Both the position numbers and the translations under genes were made by a program. Below are positions 1 through 12,013 of a stretch of 64,000 nt of DNA, one piece after another. The stretch is from Octopus sinensis (lineage: Eukaryota): assembly GCF_006345805.1 (NCBI RefSeq), contig NC_043003.1, positions 97,960,001-98,024,000 on the forward strand. The letters run 5' to 3'. The notes beneath the pieces were generated by a model. That model ran no database searches. It worked only from the letters and a program-made list of their open reading frames with translations, and was not told the DNA's origin. Positions within the stretch are counted from its first letter, which is position 1; each line of letters starts with the position of its first letter.

Positions 1-174
1 ACCTTTTTAATGAAGTGAATCGTAAATATAAAGCAATATTTTTTATTTTTGATAAAAAGATCAAATGAAGCCCTTATTATATGTTCGAGGTCAAATTAAT
101 CATGCATCACAAGTATGGAAGTAATTGGTGAAGCTGTTTTCAAGTGAAAAGCGAATACACACACATCCCTATTT

Positions 175-208
<34 letters not shown>

Positions 209-211
209 CAC

Positions 212-880
212 GTTGAATAGGACATCATGGGTTCGTTCGGCGGTCGAGCTGAAGATCAACCGTACGAAAACCAAGTACATATGATCTGAGGGCGTACCAA
301 TCGGTCGCCTAACAGGCGGAGGCGATGAAATAGAAGAGATGAGCAGCTACGTGTATTTCGGTCAAGAAGTGACTATGAGTCGAGAGAGTGAGAATGAGAT
401 CTCACGAAGTGTAAGAGGAGGATGGAGAGCATTCAACTCGGTGAAGGATGTACTGAAGGTGAACCTAGACAAAGCAACTCACGCCAGTCTCTTCAACAGT
501 ACAGTCTTACCTGCAATGCTATATGCATCTAAGACTTGGGCCTTAATAAAGAAACAGAACATCTGCTTACGGCGCAGAGAGCCATTGAAAGGTCGGTGTT
601 GAGAATCTCGCTGAGAGATCAAATCGGAACGAGGAGAACAGGGAAAGAACTGGAGTGAAGGACATCGTCGAAAAATACCACCATGCAAAGCTACGACGGT
701 CGGTCATGTCGTAGAGTTCACAGACGATCGGTGGACGCGTACAGTTGTCGAGTGGTACCCGCGCGAATGGAAGAAACCACTCGGAAGACCTCCAATAAGG
801 TAGGAAGATTATTTAGGAAAGATTTTGGAACAACATGGAAGAGAATGTCGAGAGCACAAAGGGAACGGACCGAATGCCAA
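212..880 (+). mobile_element. Degenerate 3' fragment of an RTE-clade non-LTR retrotransposon (RT C-terminus)
   Basis: Translations give YVYFGQEV...EISRSVRGGWRAF...LFNSTVLPAMLYASKTWAL and, in another frame, GHVVEFTDDRWTRTVVEWYPREWKKPLGRPPIR*ED, the typical RTE C-terminal signature. Stops and frameshifts are present. Confidence 0.85.
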
Positions 881-1459
881 CGGAGCCGACTCAACACCAG
901 ACAGCCTGACCGATCCAGTTGATCCAGGTAATCTCTTGTATAAAATCCGTTCTGTCTGTGTGTGTGTCTTCTCGGATCTTGAGCTTCCTCCATCCGATTA
1001 CGCTCAAATTTGATATGTAGATACCGACGGTATCAAGGCGTATATAAGTCTTGAAAAAATTACAAAACTCGATTCCAGGTGAGAATGCGATCGATAAAGC
1101 CGTTTTTGTCCTGCTTTTCTTCCGTCAACCCATACATAACTGCACGTTTTGTACTGCTTAAAGGCACGTTTCTTTCCTGCCAAGCTTACTGTTTAAACCA
1201 TGTTTGTGTTCTCCCAGACAACAGCCTTATCATTACTGGTACTTTAAACTCTTCGGTTGCATATTTGTGGGAATAAAATCGTTTTTCTTTGGAATAGAAA
1301 AAAAGTCTATCTTTATTTCTTCTTTTGCTAGTGTCTCAAATTAAGTTAAATCAGTGTTTCTCAAAGGGGAGGCCTATGGGACGGTCGGACAAATTGTTTT
1401 GAGAAAACTTGGTTTAAATGTTGACAACTCAGCACTGTCCATTGGATGGAGGGGTTGCT

Positions 1460-1461
1460 CG

Positions 1462-1560
<99 letters not shown>

Positions 1561-1806
1561 GCATACATACATACATACTACATACATACATACATACATA
1601 CATACATACATACATACATACATCTATAAAAGGGAAAGGTATGTTATATTAAATCTCTGACCGATTATATATATATATATAATATATATATACATACAAT
1701 ACATACATACATACATACATACATACATACATACATACTACATACATACATACTACATACATACATACATAAAAGGAAAAGGTATGTTATATTAAATCTC
1801 TGACCG

Positions 1807-1847
<41 letters not shown>
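1460..1847. repeat. Compound (TA)n/(TACA)n microsatellite containing a short local duplication
   Basis: Direct reading. AAAGGTATGTTATATTAAATCTCTGACCGAT occurs at about 1635 and about 1778. Confidence 0.95.
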
Positions 1848-1849
<2 letters not shown>

Positions 1850-1931
1850 GTGAAAAGGAACACACGAGTTGATATATATGAAAAAACAAGTCAAAATAGA
1901 AAATGCTAAAATAATTTTATAAAGAACATTT

Positions 1932-1969
1932 CAGTACCGGTTTCGGTCATTTTGAGACCTTTTCAACTG
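1932..1969 (-). ncRNA. Minimal type I hammerhead ribozyme, U3-A8 core variant, in the PLE terminal region
   Basis: Minus strand reads CAG-TTGAAAA-GGTC-tcaaaat-GACC-GAAAC-CG-GTA-CTG. Stem I is CAG/CTG, the core is UUGAAAA (C3-G8 replaced by U3-A8), stem II is GGTC/GACC, stem III is the palindrome ACCGGT, and the cleavage triplet is GUA. Confidence 0.8.
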
Positions 1970-2324
1970 TAACGATTAAATAATTAAATTTAGAAAAATT
2001 AGAAGAAAAGTTTTTTTAAAGGAATATTTGTATAGTAGTGTTCAAATATAAGTGGCATTCTGCCTTTCTCTGACTCCCTTGTTTGCACTTGTGTGTTCGA
2101 GGTCGTTGTGAATTCTTGGTAGGGTAGAAGAAGAAGAAGGCTGAAGAGGAGAGGGGATGGAAAAATTTGGGAGTGCCTTGATTGTTGTATTTTGAATGGT
2201 CAGTGACGGCTAGCAGTTGCAGTTCAATTCAGGAGAATATTTCTATTGAGAGGTTTGTTTATGGAATTTGCGTAGGTGTTTTACTAAAAAGCATTAGTGA
2301 TAAAGTTAAGAGGTAGAAGGTGGA

Positions 2325-2550
2325 GCAGAAGAAGAAGAAGAAGAAGAAGAAGAAGAAGAAGAAGAAGAAGAAGAAGAAGAAGAAGATGACGATGTTGATG
2401 ATGATGATGATGATGATGAAGAAGAAGAAGAAGAAGGAGAAGGAGAAGAAGAAGATGATGATGATGATGATGATGATGGTGGTGATGATGATGACGACGA
2501 CGATGATGATGATAATGATGATGATGAAGAAGAAGAGGAAGAAGAAGAAA
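2325..2550. repeat. Compound (AAG)n/(ATG)n trinucleotide microsatellite inside the PLE 3' region
   Basis: Direct reading; it generates the poly-K/M/H/L ORFs in the track. Confidence 0.95.
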
Positions 2551-2712
2551 ACAGAGAAGGGAGAATATGAATGGGTGAAAGTAGTGAGGTGTTGTATGAC
2601 TTGAAGTTGGCATGTTATGGATTATAGCTGTGATTGGGGCTGATTAGTAATGGATTCTTTGGAATGTAATATTTGTGTGTGTATATTTCTTTTATTCTAA
2701 AGTTGAGGCATA

Positions 2713-4476
2713 TTAATCGTTTGTCGTAGACCCGTTAAGAAGTGGCCTGTATTTTGTAATAAAGAGAGTTTCTTTACTTATTCGTTGTCTCGAGGTTGTA
2801 TCGTCCCTAAATTGGTAGAGGGGGAAAATCCTGAAGCCTGGTGTTTTGTTGTTGGTGCAAGTATCTATGTGTTGGCTGAAAGCTATTTTTCTGTTTTGGG
2901 GAATTTTTATCTGGGATCTGTGCAGGGCCATTCTTTTACGCAAACTATTCTTTGTTTGGCCTATGTACTGCTCTTGACACCCGGAGCAGGTTAGTGAGTA
3001 TATTAGGTTCTCCGAAGCACATGTGAAGTTGCTTTTCACTGTAAACCATTGTCCCTGTTTGAAGGAGAACTCTGATCCCTCAATTAGATAGTCGCATATC
3101 CCGCAATTGGGTCTTCCACATTTTTTTACTGTCGGCTTCTGTGTTGAAGAGTGAATTCGGGCTTGTGTTAGGAGACTTTTCATGGATTTAGGCTGTCTCT
3201 TGCTTTTTATGATCGTGTGTGTTTGGAGGATTGTGTTCATTCTGTGGTCTTTTTTTAGGAGGGGTATGTTGTGGAGGATGGTGCCGAAGGCTTCGTTATT
3301 GAGAGGGTTGTGTGTGGAGATGTATGGTAAGGCTTTTGGTGGTAAATTTTTCTTTGATTTGGGATGTCTCAGTTCCTTGATGTTAAGTTGAAGGGCACGT
3401 TGAATGCACTTGTCAATAAGTGAAGGTGGATAGTTCCTGGTGATAAGGGTATCTTTTAGTTCTTGTAGTCGTGTGTCTCTGGTGTTTGCATTAGAGACTA
3501 TAGTGCATATCATTTTTGCTAGATTGAAGGGGATATTCATCCTGGTGTGTCTGGGGTGGCATGAATTGAATGGAAGATATTGCTTAGAGTCTGTAGGCTT
3601 ATAATATATGTCTGTTTCTATTACATTATTAGCTTTCTTAATGAGGATATCGAGGAAGGGGAGTTGTTGCTGGCTATATTCCATCGTGAATTGGATGTTT
3701 ACGTCCAGTCCGTTTAAAATTTCCTGGAATTCTATGAGTTTTTCTATATTTTTATGCCAAAGAATGAAACAGTCATCTAGATATCTCTCCCAGTTGTTTT
3801 CTATGTAGATGGAGAAAGGGCTGCCATATCTTTCCAGAACCTTACGATACAGACTGATCTCTAGATATCCTATGACTAGGTTGGCAAAGGAGGGGGCCAT
3901 TCGTGTACCCATCGCAGTCCCCGATTTTTGTCGGTAGAAGTTGTCATTGAAGGCGAAGAAGTTATTTTCCAGGATGAATTTAACCCCTTCTATCACGAAT
4001 TCTTTTTTGATGCGATGTGGTAGTTCGTTGGCGTGATTCTCTAGCCAGAATTGGATTGCGTCTAGTCCTAGGTTGTGGGGGATATTGGAGTAGAGGTTGA
4101 CTACATCGAAGGATACCAGTATGGTGTTTTTGTTTATAGTATTCGGTAGGTGATTGAGCATATCCAAGTCGTCCCTTATATAGCTTTTGACATGTTTGAG
4201 GAGTGGTTTTAACAGGGTGTCTAAAAAGTTACTGAGGCGGTGGGTTTCGCATGCGGGACCTGCTATTATGGGTCTCAATTTGAGGTCATTAGGATTAGGG
4301 ACTTTAATTATTTTGTCTGTAGCTATCTTGCATGCGTTGCTTATTTTCTCACTTTTGTGTATCTTAGGTATACCGTAGAATTGGCTGGTTTTACTTGTGA
4401 AATTGGTCATATAATCATATTCTTTGTCGGTGAGCCCTGCTTTGTATGGGTTTAACATGGATTTTAGTTCCCTCAT
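2713..4476 (-). CDS. Penelope-like reverse transcriptase plus C-terminal GIY-YIG endonuclease (587 aa)
   Basis: RT motifs FYGIPKIHK, LRPIIAG, SFDVVNLYSNIP, QKSGTAMGTRMAPSFANL, RYLDDCF, LPFLDI and YYKPTDSKQYL. Cys-rich linker CGRPNCGIC. Endonuclease LIYSLTCSGCQEQYIGQT...RMALH...ETLFITKYRPLLN. Confidence 0.95.
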   Translation of the reverse strand: MRELKSMLNPYKAGLTDKEYDYMTNFTSKTSQFYGIPKIHKSEKISNACKIATDKIIKVPNPNDLKLRPIIAGPACETHRLSNFLDTLLKPLLKHVKSYIRDDLDMLNHLPNTINKNTILVSFDVVNLYSNIPHNLGLDAIQFWLENHANELPHRIKKEFVIEGVKFILENNFFAFNDNFYRQKSGTAMGTRMAPSFANLVIGYLEISLYRKVLERYGSPFSIYIENNWERYLDDCFILWHKNIEKLIEFQEILNGLDVNIQFTMEYSQQQLPFLDILIKKANNVIETDIYYKPTDSKQYLPFNSCHPRHTRMNIPFNLAKMICTIVSNANTRDTRLQELKDTLITRNYPPSLIDKCIQRALQLNIKELRHPKSKKNLPPKALPYISTHNPLNNEAFGTILHNIPLLKKDHRMNTILQTHTIIKSKRQPKSMKSLLTQARIHSSTQKPTVKKCGRPNCGICDYLIEGSEFSFKQGQWFTVKSNFTCASENLIYSLTCSGCQEQYIGQTKNSLRKRMALHRSQIKIPQNRKIAFSQHIDTCTNNKTPGFRIFPLYQFRDDTTSRQRISKETLFITKYRPLLNGSTTND

Positions 4477-4990
4477 TATTTTTTGTTGACTGTAGTTGTG
4501 TCTTCCAGCATAGAAAGTACCAAAGTTATGTAAAATGTCGTATCCATTAAGACAACAGCACTCCCTTTATCGGCCTCTTTGATTGTTATTGTTTTATCTT
4601 GTTTTAATTTGTTCAACTCAGCCCATTTTTTTTTGCTGAAGTTTGGTTTGTGTTTTTGTTTGTGCATATGTTGATATGGGTAATTTGATATGTGGTCACA
4701 GAAATCATCAAGTGTTTTGTTCTTACCTTTAGAGGGGGTGTAGTTACTCCTATTTCTGACTAACGATTCGTCCTCGTTGTATTTATCGTATAGCTCCTCA
4801 GTAAGTCTTAATTTTCTGCAGAATTCTGCGATGTCTTCTTTCATTTCATTGTAGTTGGGGTGTTGTGGGGTGGGTGTAAACTTGAGTCCTTTGGAAAGTA
4901 TGTTTATTTGGTTTGCTGTTAGTTCCTTGTGAGTTAGATTGATAATTTTTATTACTTTTGGTTCCTCCTGCTTGTTTGGTGCTATCTTGT
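4476..4990 (-). pseudogene. N-terminal part of the same PLE ORF, disconnected by a frameshift or small deletion at about 4480
   Basis: INLTHKELTANQINILSKGLKFTPTP and ITIKEADKGSAVVLMD are conserved PLE N-terminal motifs. The frame ends EDTTTVNKK* immediately before IMRELK in another frame. Confidence 0.85.
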
Positions 4991-5045
4991 GTCTCTGTGT
5001 TTGCGTATTGGGTCTAAAAAATGAATGTGTTTGCGTATTGGGTCT

Positions 5046-5084
<39 letters not shown>

Positions 5085-5129
5085 TATATATAACATCTGC
5101 TTACGGGAATCTGTTGGGAATCTCGCTAT

Positions 5130-5300
5130 ATATATTATACACACACTCAACGGGCTTCGACAGTTTCTATCAACCAAATTCACTCTCAAGGCATTGGTCA
5201 GGCTCAAGGCTATAATAGAAATCACTAGCCCAAGGTGCTGCCCAGTGAGACTGAATACAAAACCAAGTGATTAAAAGCGAGTTTTTCAACCACAGGCCTA
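5130..5300 (-). mobile_element. Degenerate fragment of SINE family B
   Basis: Similar to the CGGGCTTC...CAGTTTC...CAAATCCACTCACAAGGC...CTATAG-AGAAGACAC block of the fuller copies. Confidence 0.7.
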
Positions 5301-5787
5301 CTAAAATCACCTACAAATCACCTACAAATCTCCTACAAATCACATCGTAGCCTCTTAAAATCAAAAGGAAACAGTAGTCAATATATTCGTAGATACCACA
5401 AAAAACACGGGATGGTCATGGCTGGAATGCCTTTTGATTCCTTGCAAGTCTGCTCAAAGTTAACCTGTGGCTAACACAAACGCCGATCTAATGTAAGGGA
5501 GATAACTGATTAATGCAAAATTTACTCCCTTTTATTTTTCTCCGTCTTTCTAGTCTGTGTAAACTCACGTTAAATACGTTAAATATTCATTTTAGACGAA
5601 AAAATGCTTTTAAAAAATCGAAAAAAAATAAGTATTATATTGAAGAACAATAACATTCAATTTAATTTTTATTTTTCAGGATTTACTTGTAGAACACATC
5701 CGGTTATATACAGCATATTTTATAAACTATATATTATAATATTATGAAATGGAGCGAACATTTTTGCGACAGTACACATGGATATGG

Positions 5788-5789
5788 AC

Positions 5790-5844
<55 letters not shown>

Positions 5845-5924
5845 CATGTTGCATAAATCTCTCTCTCTCTCTCTTCCTCCTTCACTTCTCTCTGTCTCTC
5901 TCACTCCCTCTCTTTCTCTCTCTT

Positions 5925-5959
<35 letters not shown>

Positions 5960-6174
5960 CTCCCTCTCTCTCTCGTTGGTTTGTTCAAATTAATTGTTTT
6001 AAATAAATGGGAAAGCCTTTCCAAAAAAAATAGAATCTGCAAGACTCTGGAAGCAATTTTCCGAAACCAGATATGGGCAACGTTTTTCTAGAAGCAGGCT
6101 GCATCAACAGGCGAGCAACATTACAAAAAAAAACATTGAAGGTAATGTTTTGTGGCGTGCCATTCAATGTTATT

Positions 6175-6224
<50 letters not shown>

Positions 6225-6370
6225 TAGACAGACAGACAGACAGACAGGCAGTAGGCAGGCAGGCAGTCAGGCAGACAGACAGGCAGGCAGGAAGGCAGGC
6301 AGGCAGACAGACAGACAGACAGGCAGGCAGGCAGGCAGTCAGGCAGGCAGACAGACAGACGGACGGACGA
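5788..6370. repeat. Microsatellite cluster: (TG)n, (TC)n, then (GACA)n/(GGCA)n
   Basis: Direct reading. Confidence 0.95.
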
Positions 6371-6729
6371 TCGGACGGGTGGGCGAACGGACAGATAAAC
6401 ACAGCGTATGCGTAACAGTTGAATAAAATAATGTCAGATTCCGAAGAAATAGTGACGGTGTAAACTAAAGGCAATAAATAAAAGAAAAGGTTCGTTGAAT
6501 ATCGAATAAATTTAATTGCTTGATGAGTAGAATGTCTTGCCATTTGAATTTATCTAAATAGCATAAAATATTTAACGATGGCCTTTTATGTGACAGGGGA
6601 AGTAATTATACATGTATTTATTAAGAGTGCTTCCCCTTGGGTAATTATTTTGTTCTATAAAATACGATATAATTAGACACTAATGTTTTCAAATTTTAAC
6701 ACAAGACTATCAAGTTCGGAGCAGAGAGT

Positions 6730-6879
6730 AGTCGATTACAGAGTTCAACTGGTACATATTATATCGACTCCGAAAGGATGAAAGACAAAGTTTAGCTCGG
6801 TAGAATTTGGACGCAGGACGTAAAGACGGACGAAATGCCGCTAAGCATTCTGCTAACGATTCTGCCAGTTCGCTGCGTT
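6730..6879 (-). mobile_element. Degenerate tRNA-derived SINE, family A
   Basis: Reverse-complement match to the GGCGGCGAGCTGGCAGAA...CCTTTCGGGGTCGAT family seen intact at 44571. Confidence 0.75.
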
Positions 6880-7044
6880 GCATACAATATACAGTGTATC
6901 CCCGTTTGTTCGCGGTTCGGCATTCGCGATCCTGGTTATTCGCGGAACTAATAATTGTTTGCGGAAACCACCGCATATTCGCGGAATCCTAATATGGTCA
7001 GCGATTTTTTATGGCTTTTTTTTTGTGGTAATATATATTTTTTC

Positions 7045-7327
7045 GTGGAAGCACATGGCCTATCGCGGGTTCGAATCTCAGACCGGGCGATGTGTGTGTT
7101 TATGAGCAAAACACTTAAGCTCCACGCGGCTTCGGCAGAAAGTAATGGCGAACTTCTGCTGCTCTTTCGTCGCAACTTTCTCTCATTCTTTCCTCCTGCA
7201 TCTTGCATCTCATATACGATAGACCGGCGTCCCGTCCAGGTGGGGAACCTATACGCCTAGGAAACCAGGAAACCCGGCCCTATGAGCCAGGCGTGGCTCG
7301 AGAAGGAACAAACAACAACAACAACAA
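7045..7327 (+). mobile_element. SINE sharing the family C head and centre but with a distinct 3' end and (AAC)n tail
   Basis: GTTCGAATCTCAGACCGGGCG...GAGCAAAACACTTAAGCTCCACG is shared with 12282; it ends GGCTCGAGAAGGAACAAACAACAAC. Confidence 0.7.
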
Positions 7328-7999
7328 TATATTTTTTCATACTTTTTAAGGTTAAATTGTTAATAACAATATACCGTATTTGCCGGTTTACTGGACGCCC
7401 CTTCGCAATTGAAGTTCACTCTGATTTAGAATAACCGCGCTTCACGTCACTTGATTGTTTTAGATATAAGTACACTGTATCTTGGATCTCTTATTCCTGC
7501 TTTCAATCAAATCTTTTTAATTAGTATACCGACATCTATCTATATTTCACACATACATACTCTTTCTCCCCCTCTCGCTGTATTTGTCTCTCAACAACTT
7601 CTCATTGTAGTGAACGTATATATATATAAATATATACACAGTGTATCGCACCAGTATTACTTGGTAGGACTTCACTTGGAAGAGTCGTGCTTCTCGCACG
7701 GGCAATTAAATGTTCGCTGCTCTAGGGTGGGAAGCAAAAACATCTATTTGCATTTGTTCCATAAGGGAAAGCAAAAAATATTCATTACCAAGAGATTTTG
7801 TAGAAATTACTACATCCTACGACGCGCTCCAGTATTCACTGCTGTTTGTGACATAATTAGAAACATAATTAGAGACATAATTCAGAATAGACATTTTAGA
7901 TTTGGTCATTCTGTTTCTTGTAATTTGTTTTTCAGCGGTGGTGCCCCAGCATGGCCGCGGCCTTCGGGCTAAAACATTTTTAAGGATTTAAGGATTTAT

Positions 8000-8600
8000 A
8001 TATATCTTCTATGAATTATGCAAAATTAGATCATTTTTACGCTAAGCGAAAACTTAATATTCCCAATAATAAACAAACACATAATGTACCAGATAAAGCC
8101 AAGTCCAAATATTCAAATATAAACAATCAAAGGGTGTCTACTGCCCATAACCCACCTACTAATTCTAGTGATAAGCTTAATAAGTTCTGTGATTGTAGGG
8201 TTAAAGAACAATGTAAATTTAATAATTGTAGCAAACGGAAGAATTTCGTACATCAAGCTATTGTAGAAGCTGAAGATAAACACTTTTTCTATATTGGTTC
8301 TATGGAATAATATATGAAACTTAGATTGGCTAACCATGAATGTTCTTTTAGAAACTCCAATAAACATTCTTCCACTAGTCTTAGTAAATTTATCTGGAAA
8401 TTAAAAGACGGTAGTAATATCAGTTTTAAAATTAGATGGAAGGTTATACGTTCTGCAAAATCATACTGTCCACCAGATATAAATTGTCAACTCTGCACCT
8501 CAGAGTGCTAAAATATCCTTTTTTTTTCAAGTAAACAATTACTAAATGAGAGGGGTGAAAAATTCTCGGCTGGTCTACACACTCTTAAATATCTATTTTA
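8000..8600 (+). pseudogene. Degenerate C-terminal GIY-YIG region of a second, different PLE lineage
   Basis: CDCRVKEQC...HQAIVE...FYIGSME*YMKLRLANHECSF...TSLSKFIWKLKD...IRWKVI...Y...CQLCTSE...LLNERGE, with stops. Confidence 0.8.
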
Positions 8601-8604
8601 TAAA

Positions 8605-8819
8605 CAGGGGGCTAAACATAGAGGAGACAAACAAGGACAGACAAACGGATTAAGTCGATTACATCGACCCCAGTGCGTAACTGGTACTTAATTTATCGAC
8701 CCCGAAAGGATGAAAGGCAAAGTCGACCTCGGCGGAATTTGAACTCAGAACGCAACGACAGACGCAATACCGCTAAGCATTTCGCCCGGTGCGCTAACGT
8801 TTCTGCCAGCTCGCCGCCT
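8605..8819 (-). mobile_element. SINE family A with 11-bp TSD
   Basis: Family A match; TATTTTATAAA at 8594-8604 and 8820-8830. Confidence 0.9.
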
Positions 8820-8984
8820 TATTTTATAAATATCATTTTATAAATATCATTAATCATTCTTTCATTATTAACATCATTAATTGTTAGGTTCCTTATTAAC
8901 CATAAATGTTTTTACTAATTTTGAAGCTGAATTAATTAGATCCTTATTAGAACCAGCATTTATATCTATAATTTTTATACAATA

Positions 8985-9358
8985 CTAGCACTATGACCCG
9001 GCAACACCGGGTCATAGTGCTAGTGCAGGCATATACAGCTGCATGCGTGCGCACATACACGCGAGTACTGTCCAAATCTCCGACCAATCACATACAGCTA
9101 GCTGGCATTCAATTGGCATATCAAGTTTCGGGCATTTTGATTGGGTTTTGGACAGAAATTACACAAAAAAGTCACTTCTATTGATTATTTTTTTAATGGC
9201 TTTGTGGGGTGACTGGGGAAATGTAAAGATGTGCACGACCACCCTTGGACGGTTTTGAATGACCATAGAAAGTGCGAGCCCTCTAACTGAAAAATTGTGG
9301 ATTTGTATAAAGGATACACACACACAGACAGATATTTTGCCGTTTATATAGAGAGAGA
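8985..9358 (-). mobile_element. Non-autonomous Helitron-like element with a perfect 18-bp terminal palindrome
   Basis: Minus strand starts TCTCTC...TATATAAA...TGTCTGTG and ends CTAG|T. ACTAGCACTATGACCCGG-caaca-CCGGGTCATAGTGCTAGT lies at 8984-9024. Confidence 0.7.
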
Positions 9359-9826
9359 TAAAATATATTATACCTTGCCTAAGTATACTTATTTCTAACA
9401 TATGCGTAAGATATATAAATGGTTATATTCCAGCAATCATTCAATTTTATTTCTTTCCTAATATATATTGATAACATCTTACCTATAAATTCCTAGCATA
9501 TGCGTGGTTTCTTTATTTTTAAAGAGTAAATTAAATTATATTATAATTCATATTTGTTAAATTAACTTTAAATATCAACAGTTGGTTTAACTACTAAATA
9601 ATTCTAATCTAATCTACCTCAGCCAAAAAAATCGATCATAAATACAAATATCGCGTTTTTCCTTCATATAACGTAATACGCTATTTCTACATATAATGAA
9701 ATGATCTCCAGTTTACTTACCTATTTAGTTAATGATCAATAATTACAAACATATTATACTACATCATAACAAATACCCAATATATGCTCCCATATATTCT
9801 ATTACATTTTATTTCATTATACTATA

Positions 9827-10339
9827 CTAGCAGTATCGCCCGGCGTTGCTCGGGTTTGTAAGGGAAATAACTATATAAGCATTTTTAGAGAGTTACTTCC
9901 CTTATAGATGCCAATTCGGGCTTTCTTAGCCATTTCTGTTTTGGTGTCTTCAAGCCATGAAGTCGTTGTTCTAAAAGAACGCTGGTCTCCTTGACAACGC
10001 TTTACGACGTTGATTTCCTTACACTCCCTTCCCCACAGCTTCACGAGGGAGGGAAGAAGGGGGAGAAGCAAACAGGTGCAGGTGTGACCATGGACGCCAA
10101 CTCCGCCGCCATCGACACACGAAAAATTATGCATTAAAATGGAATAAAAAATGATGTTAAATTATTTTTAAAATCGTAGACTCATCGTAGACGCGCGCTA
10201 ATACTCAGACGGGCTCGATATGAATCACGACTATAAGATACCCGAATTTGGTTAAACTGCACCGCAAAATGTGGGAGTAGTTAGGAATCTAAATCGAAGG
10301 GGACAGACACTCACACAACTACAGTTTTATATATATAGA
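9827..10339 (-). mobile_element. Non-autonomous Helitron-like element (family H1) with an extra insert of about 210 bp
   Basis: A|TC...CTAG|T termini and a subterminal hairpin CCCG-AGCAACGC-CGGG; same family as 11315, 20342 and 55145. Confidence 0.8.
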
Positions 10340-10554
10340 TTTTATTCTTTTTCTCTTTTTATTCTTTTTCTCTTTTTATTCTTTTTCTCTAGTATATAAT
10401 TCTTCCCTAGCATATTTAAGTTTCGTTCTTTCCTTTTATTTAAATTTATATACTATTTCACATTCATTTTTATTTTTCTTTACTTCCTGTATTTATATCT
10501 TCTTACTTTACCTTGGTTTGTATGTTAGTTTTATTTTTATATTATTTTATCTTT

Positions 10555-11024
10555 ACTTACTCTTTTACTCTCTTTTACTCTTTTACTTGTTTCAGTCATT
10601 TGACTGCGGCCATGCTGGAGCACCGCCTTTAGTCGACAAGTCGACCCCGGGACTTATTCTTTGTAAGCCCAGTACTTATTCTATCGGTCTTTTATGCCGA
10701 ACCGCTAAGTGACGGGGACGTAAACACACCAGTATCGGTTGTCAAGCAATGTTGGGGGGACAAACACACACACACACACACACACATACATATATATATA
10801 GGGGGACAAACACAGACACACAAACACACATACACACACACATATATATATACATATATACGACAGGCTTCTTTTCAGTTTCCGTCTACCAAATCCACAC
10901 ACAAGGCATTGGTCGGCCCGGGGCTATAGCAGAAGACACTTGCCCAAGATGCCACGCAGTGGGACTGAACCCGGAACCATGTGGTTGGTTACCAAGCTAC
11001 TTACCACACAGCCAATCCTGCGCC
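10555..11024 (-). mobile_element. Full-length SINE family B with (GAGTAAAA)n tail
   Basis: tRNA-like head GGCGCAGG...GTGTGGTAAGTAGCTTG...GGTTCCGGGTTCAGTCCC, a central microsatellite, and 3' GGCGGTGCTCCAGCATGGCCGCAGTCAAATGACTGAAAC. Confidence 0.9.
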
Positions 11025-11314
11025 TTATCTATAATTCACTAGCTAAATACATACGCATGATATATATGATCTAACTTCTTAACCTTATTAGTAATTCGTC
11101 TGCATCCTTTCAATAAATATGTTAACCTTTGCAGTATAAGCTCACAAAGTCCTGATGAGATTCTGCCCCATGTATTTGAAAATAATGACCAATTCTTAGC
11201 ATATGACCCTACACAAATGCTTGGAATTACTAATCACCTAGGGTCATAAATCGAAGCATATTTTAGATTTTTGGCATCTGCCATTTCTTTTAGAGCTTTA
11301 TAATTTATGATTTA

Positions 11315-11717
11315 CTAGCAGTATCGCCCGGCGTTGCTCGGGTTTGTAAGGGAAATAACTATATAAGCATTTTTAGAGAGTTATAGCCAAAAAATAGCAA
11401 AAACATGCATTAAAATGGAAAAAAAAAATGATGGTAATTTTTTTTTTAAATCGTTGACTCATCGTAGACATTTTTAGAGAGTTACTTCCCTTATATAATA
11501 TCGAAAAAATGCATTAAAATGGAAAAAAATTATGGTAAATTTTTTTTTTTAATCGTAGACTCATCGTAGACGCGCGCTAATACCCAGAAGGGCTCGATAT
11601 GAATCACGACTATAAGATACCCGCTTTTGGTAAAACTGCACCGCAAAATGTGGGAGTAGTTAGGAATCTAAATCGTAGGAGACAGACACACAACTTGACT
11701 TTTATATATAAAGAAGA
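11315..11717 (-). mobile_element. Helitron-like family H1 copy
   Basis: Same termini and internal blocks as 9827 and 20342. Confidence 0.8.
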
Positions 11718-11942
11718 TTTGTATTATTTTTATTTTAAAAATCTTTCAACCTCATTATACTATACAAATAAATTATTTATGCATCCATAATTCTCCATTT
11801 TCTTCCTTTTATCATCAACAATATGTGTTACTATAATAATCCCTATACCGCTGAGACTTTTTCCGTATATGATAGTTATTAACAAGTGAAATTTTTGGAT
11901 TATTTAATCCTTAATGAGGACTTGACATCCTCAAATTGACTC

Positions 11943-11994
<52 letters not shown>

Positions 11995-12013
11995 TGTGTG
12001 TGTGTGTGTGTGT

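Larger units (their letters stand above)
1848..5049 (-). mobile_element. Penelope-like retroelement (EN+, Neptune-like), 5'-truncated, between (TA)n tracts
   Basis: RT-GIY-YIG ORF plus its upstream N-terminal frame, and a 3' non-coding region with a hammerhead motif. (TA)n tracts flank both ends. Confidence 0.9.

Noticed and set aside
11148-11195. CTGATGAG...GAAA hammerhead-like string
   Set aside because: No convincing stem II, and no UH triplet closing stem III.
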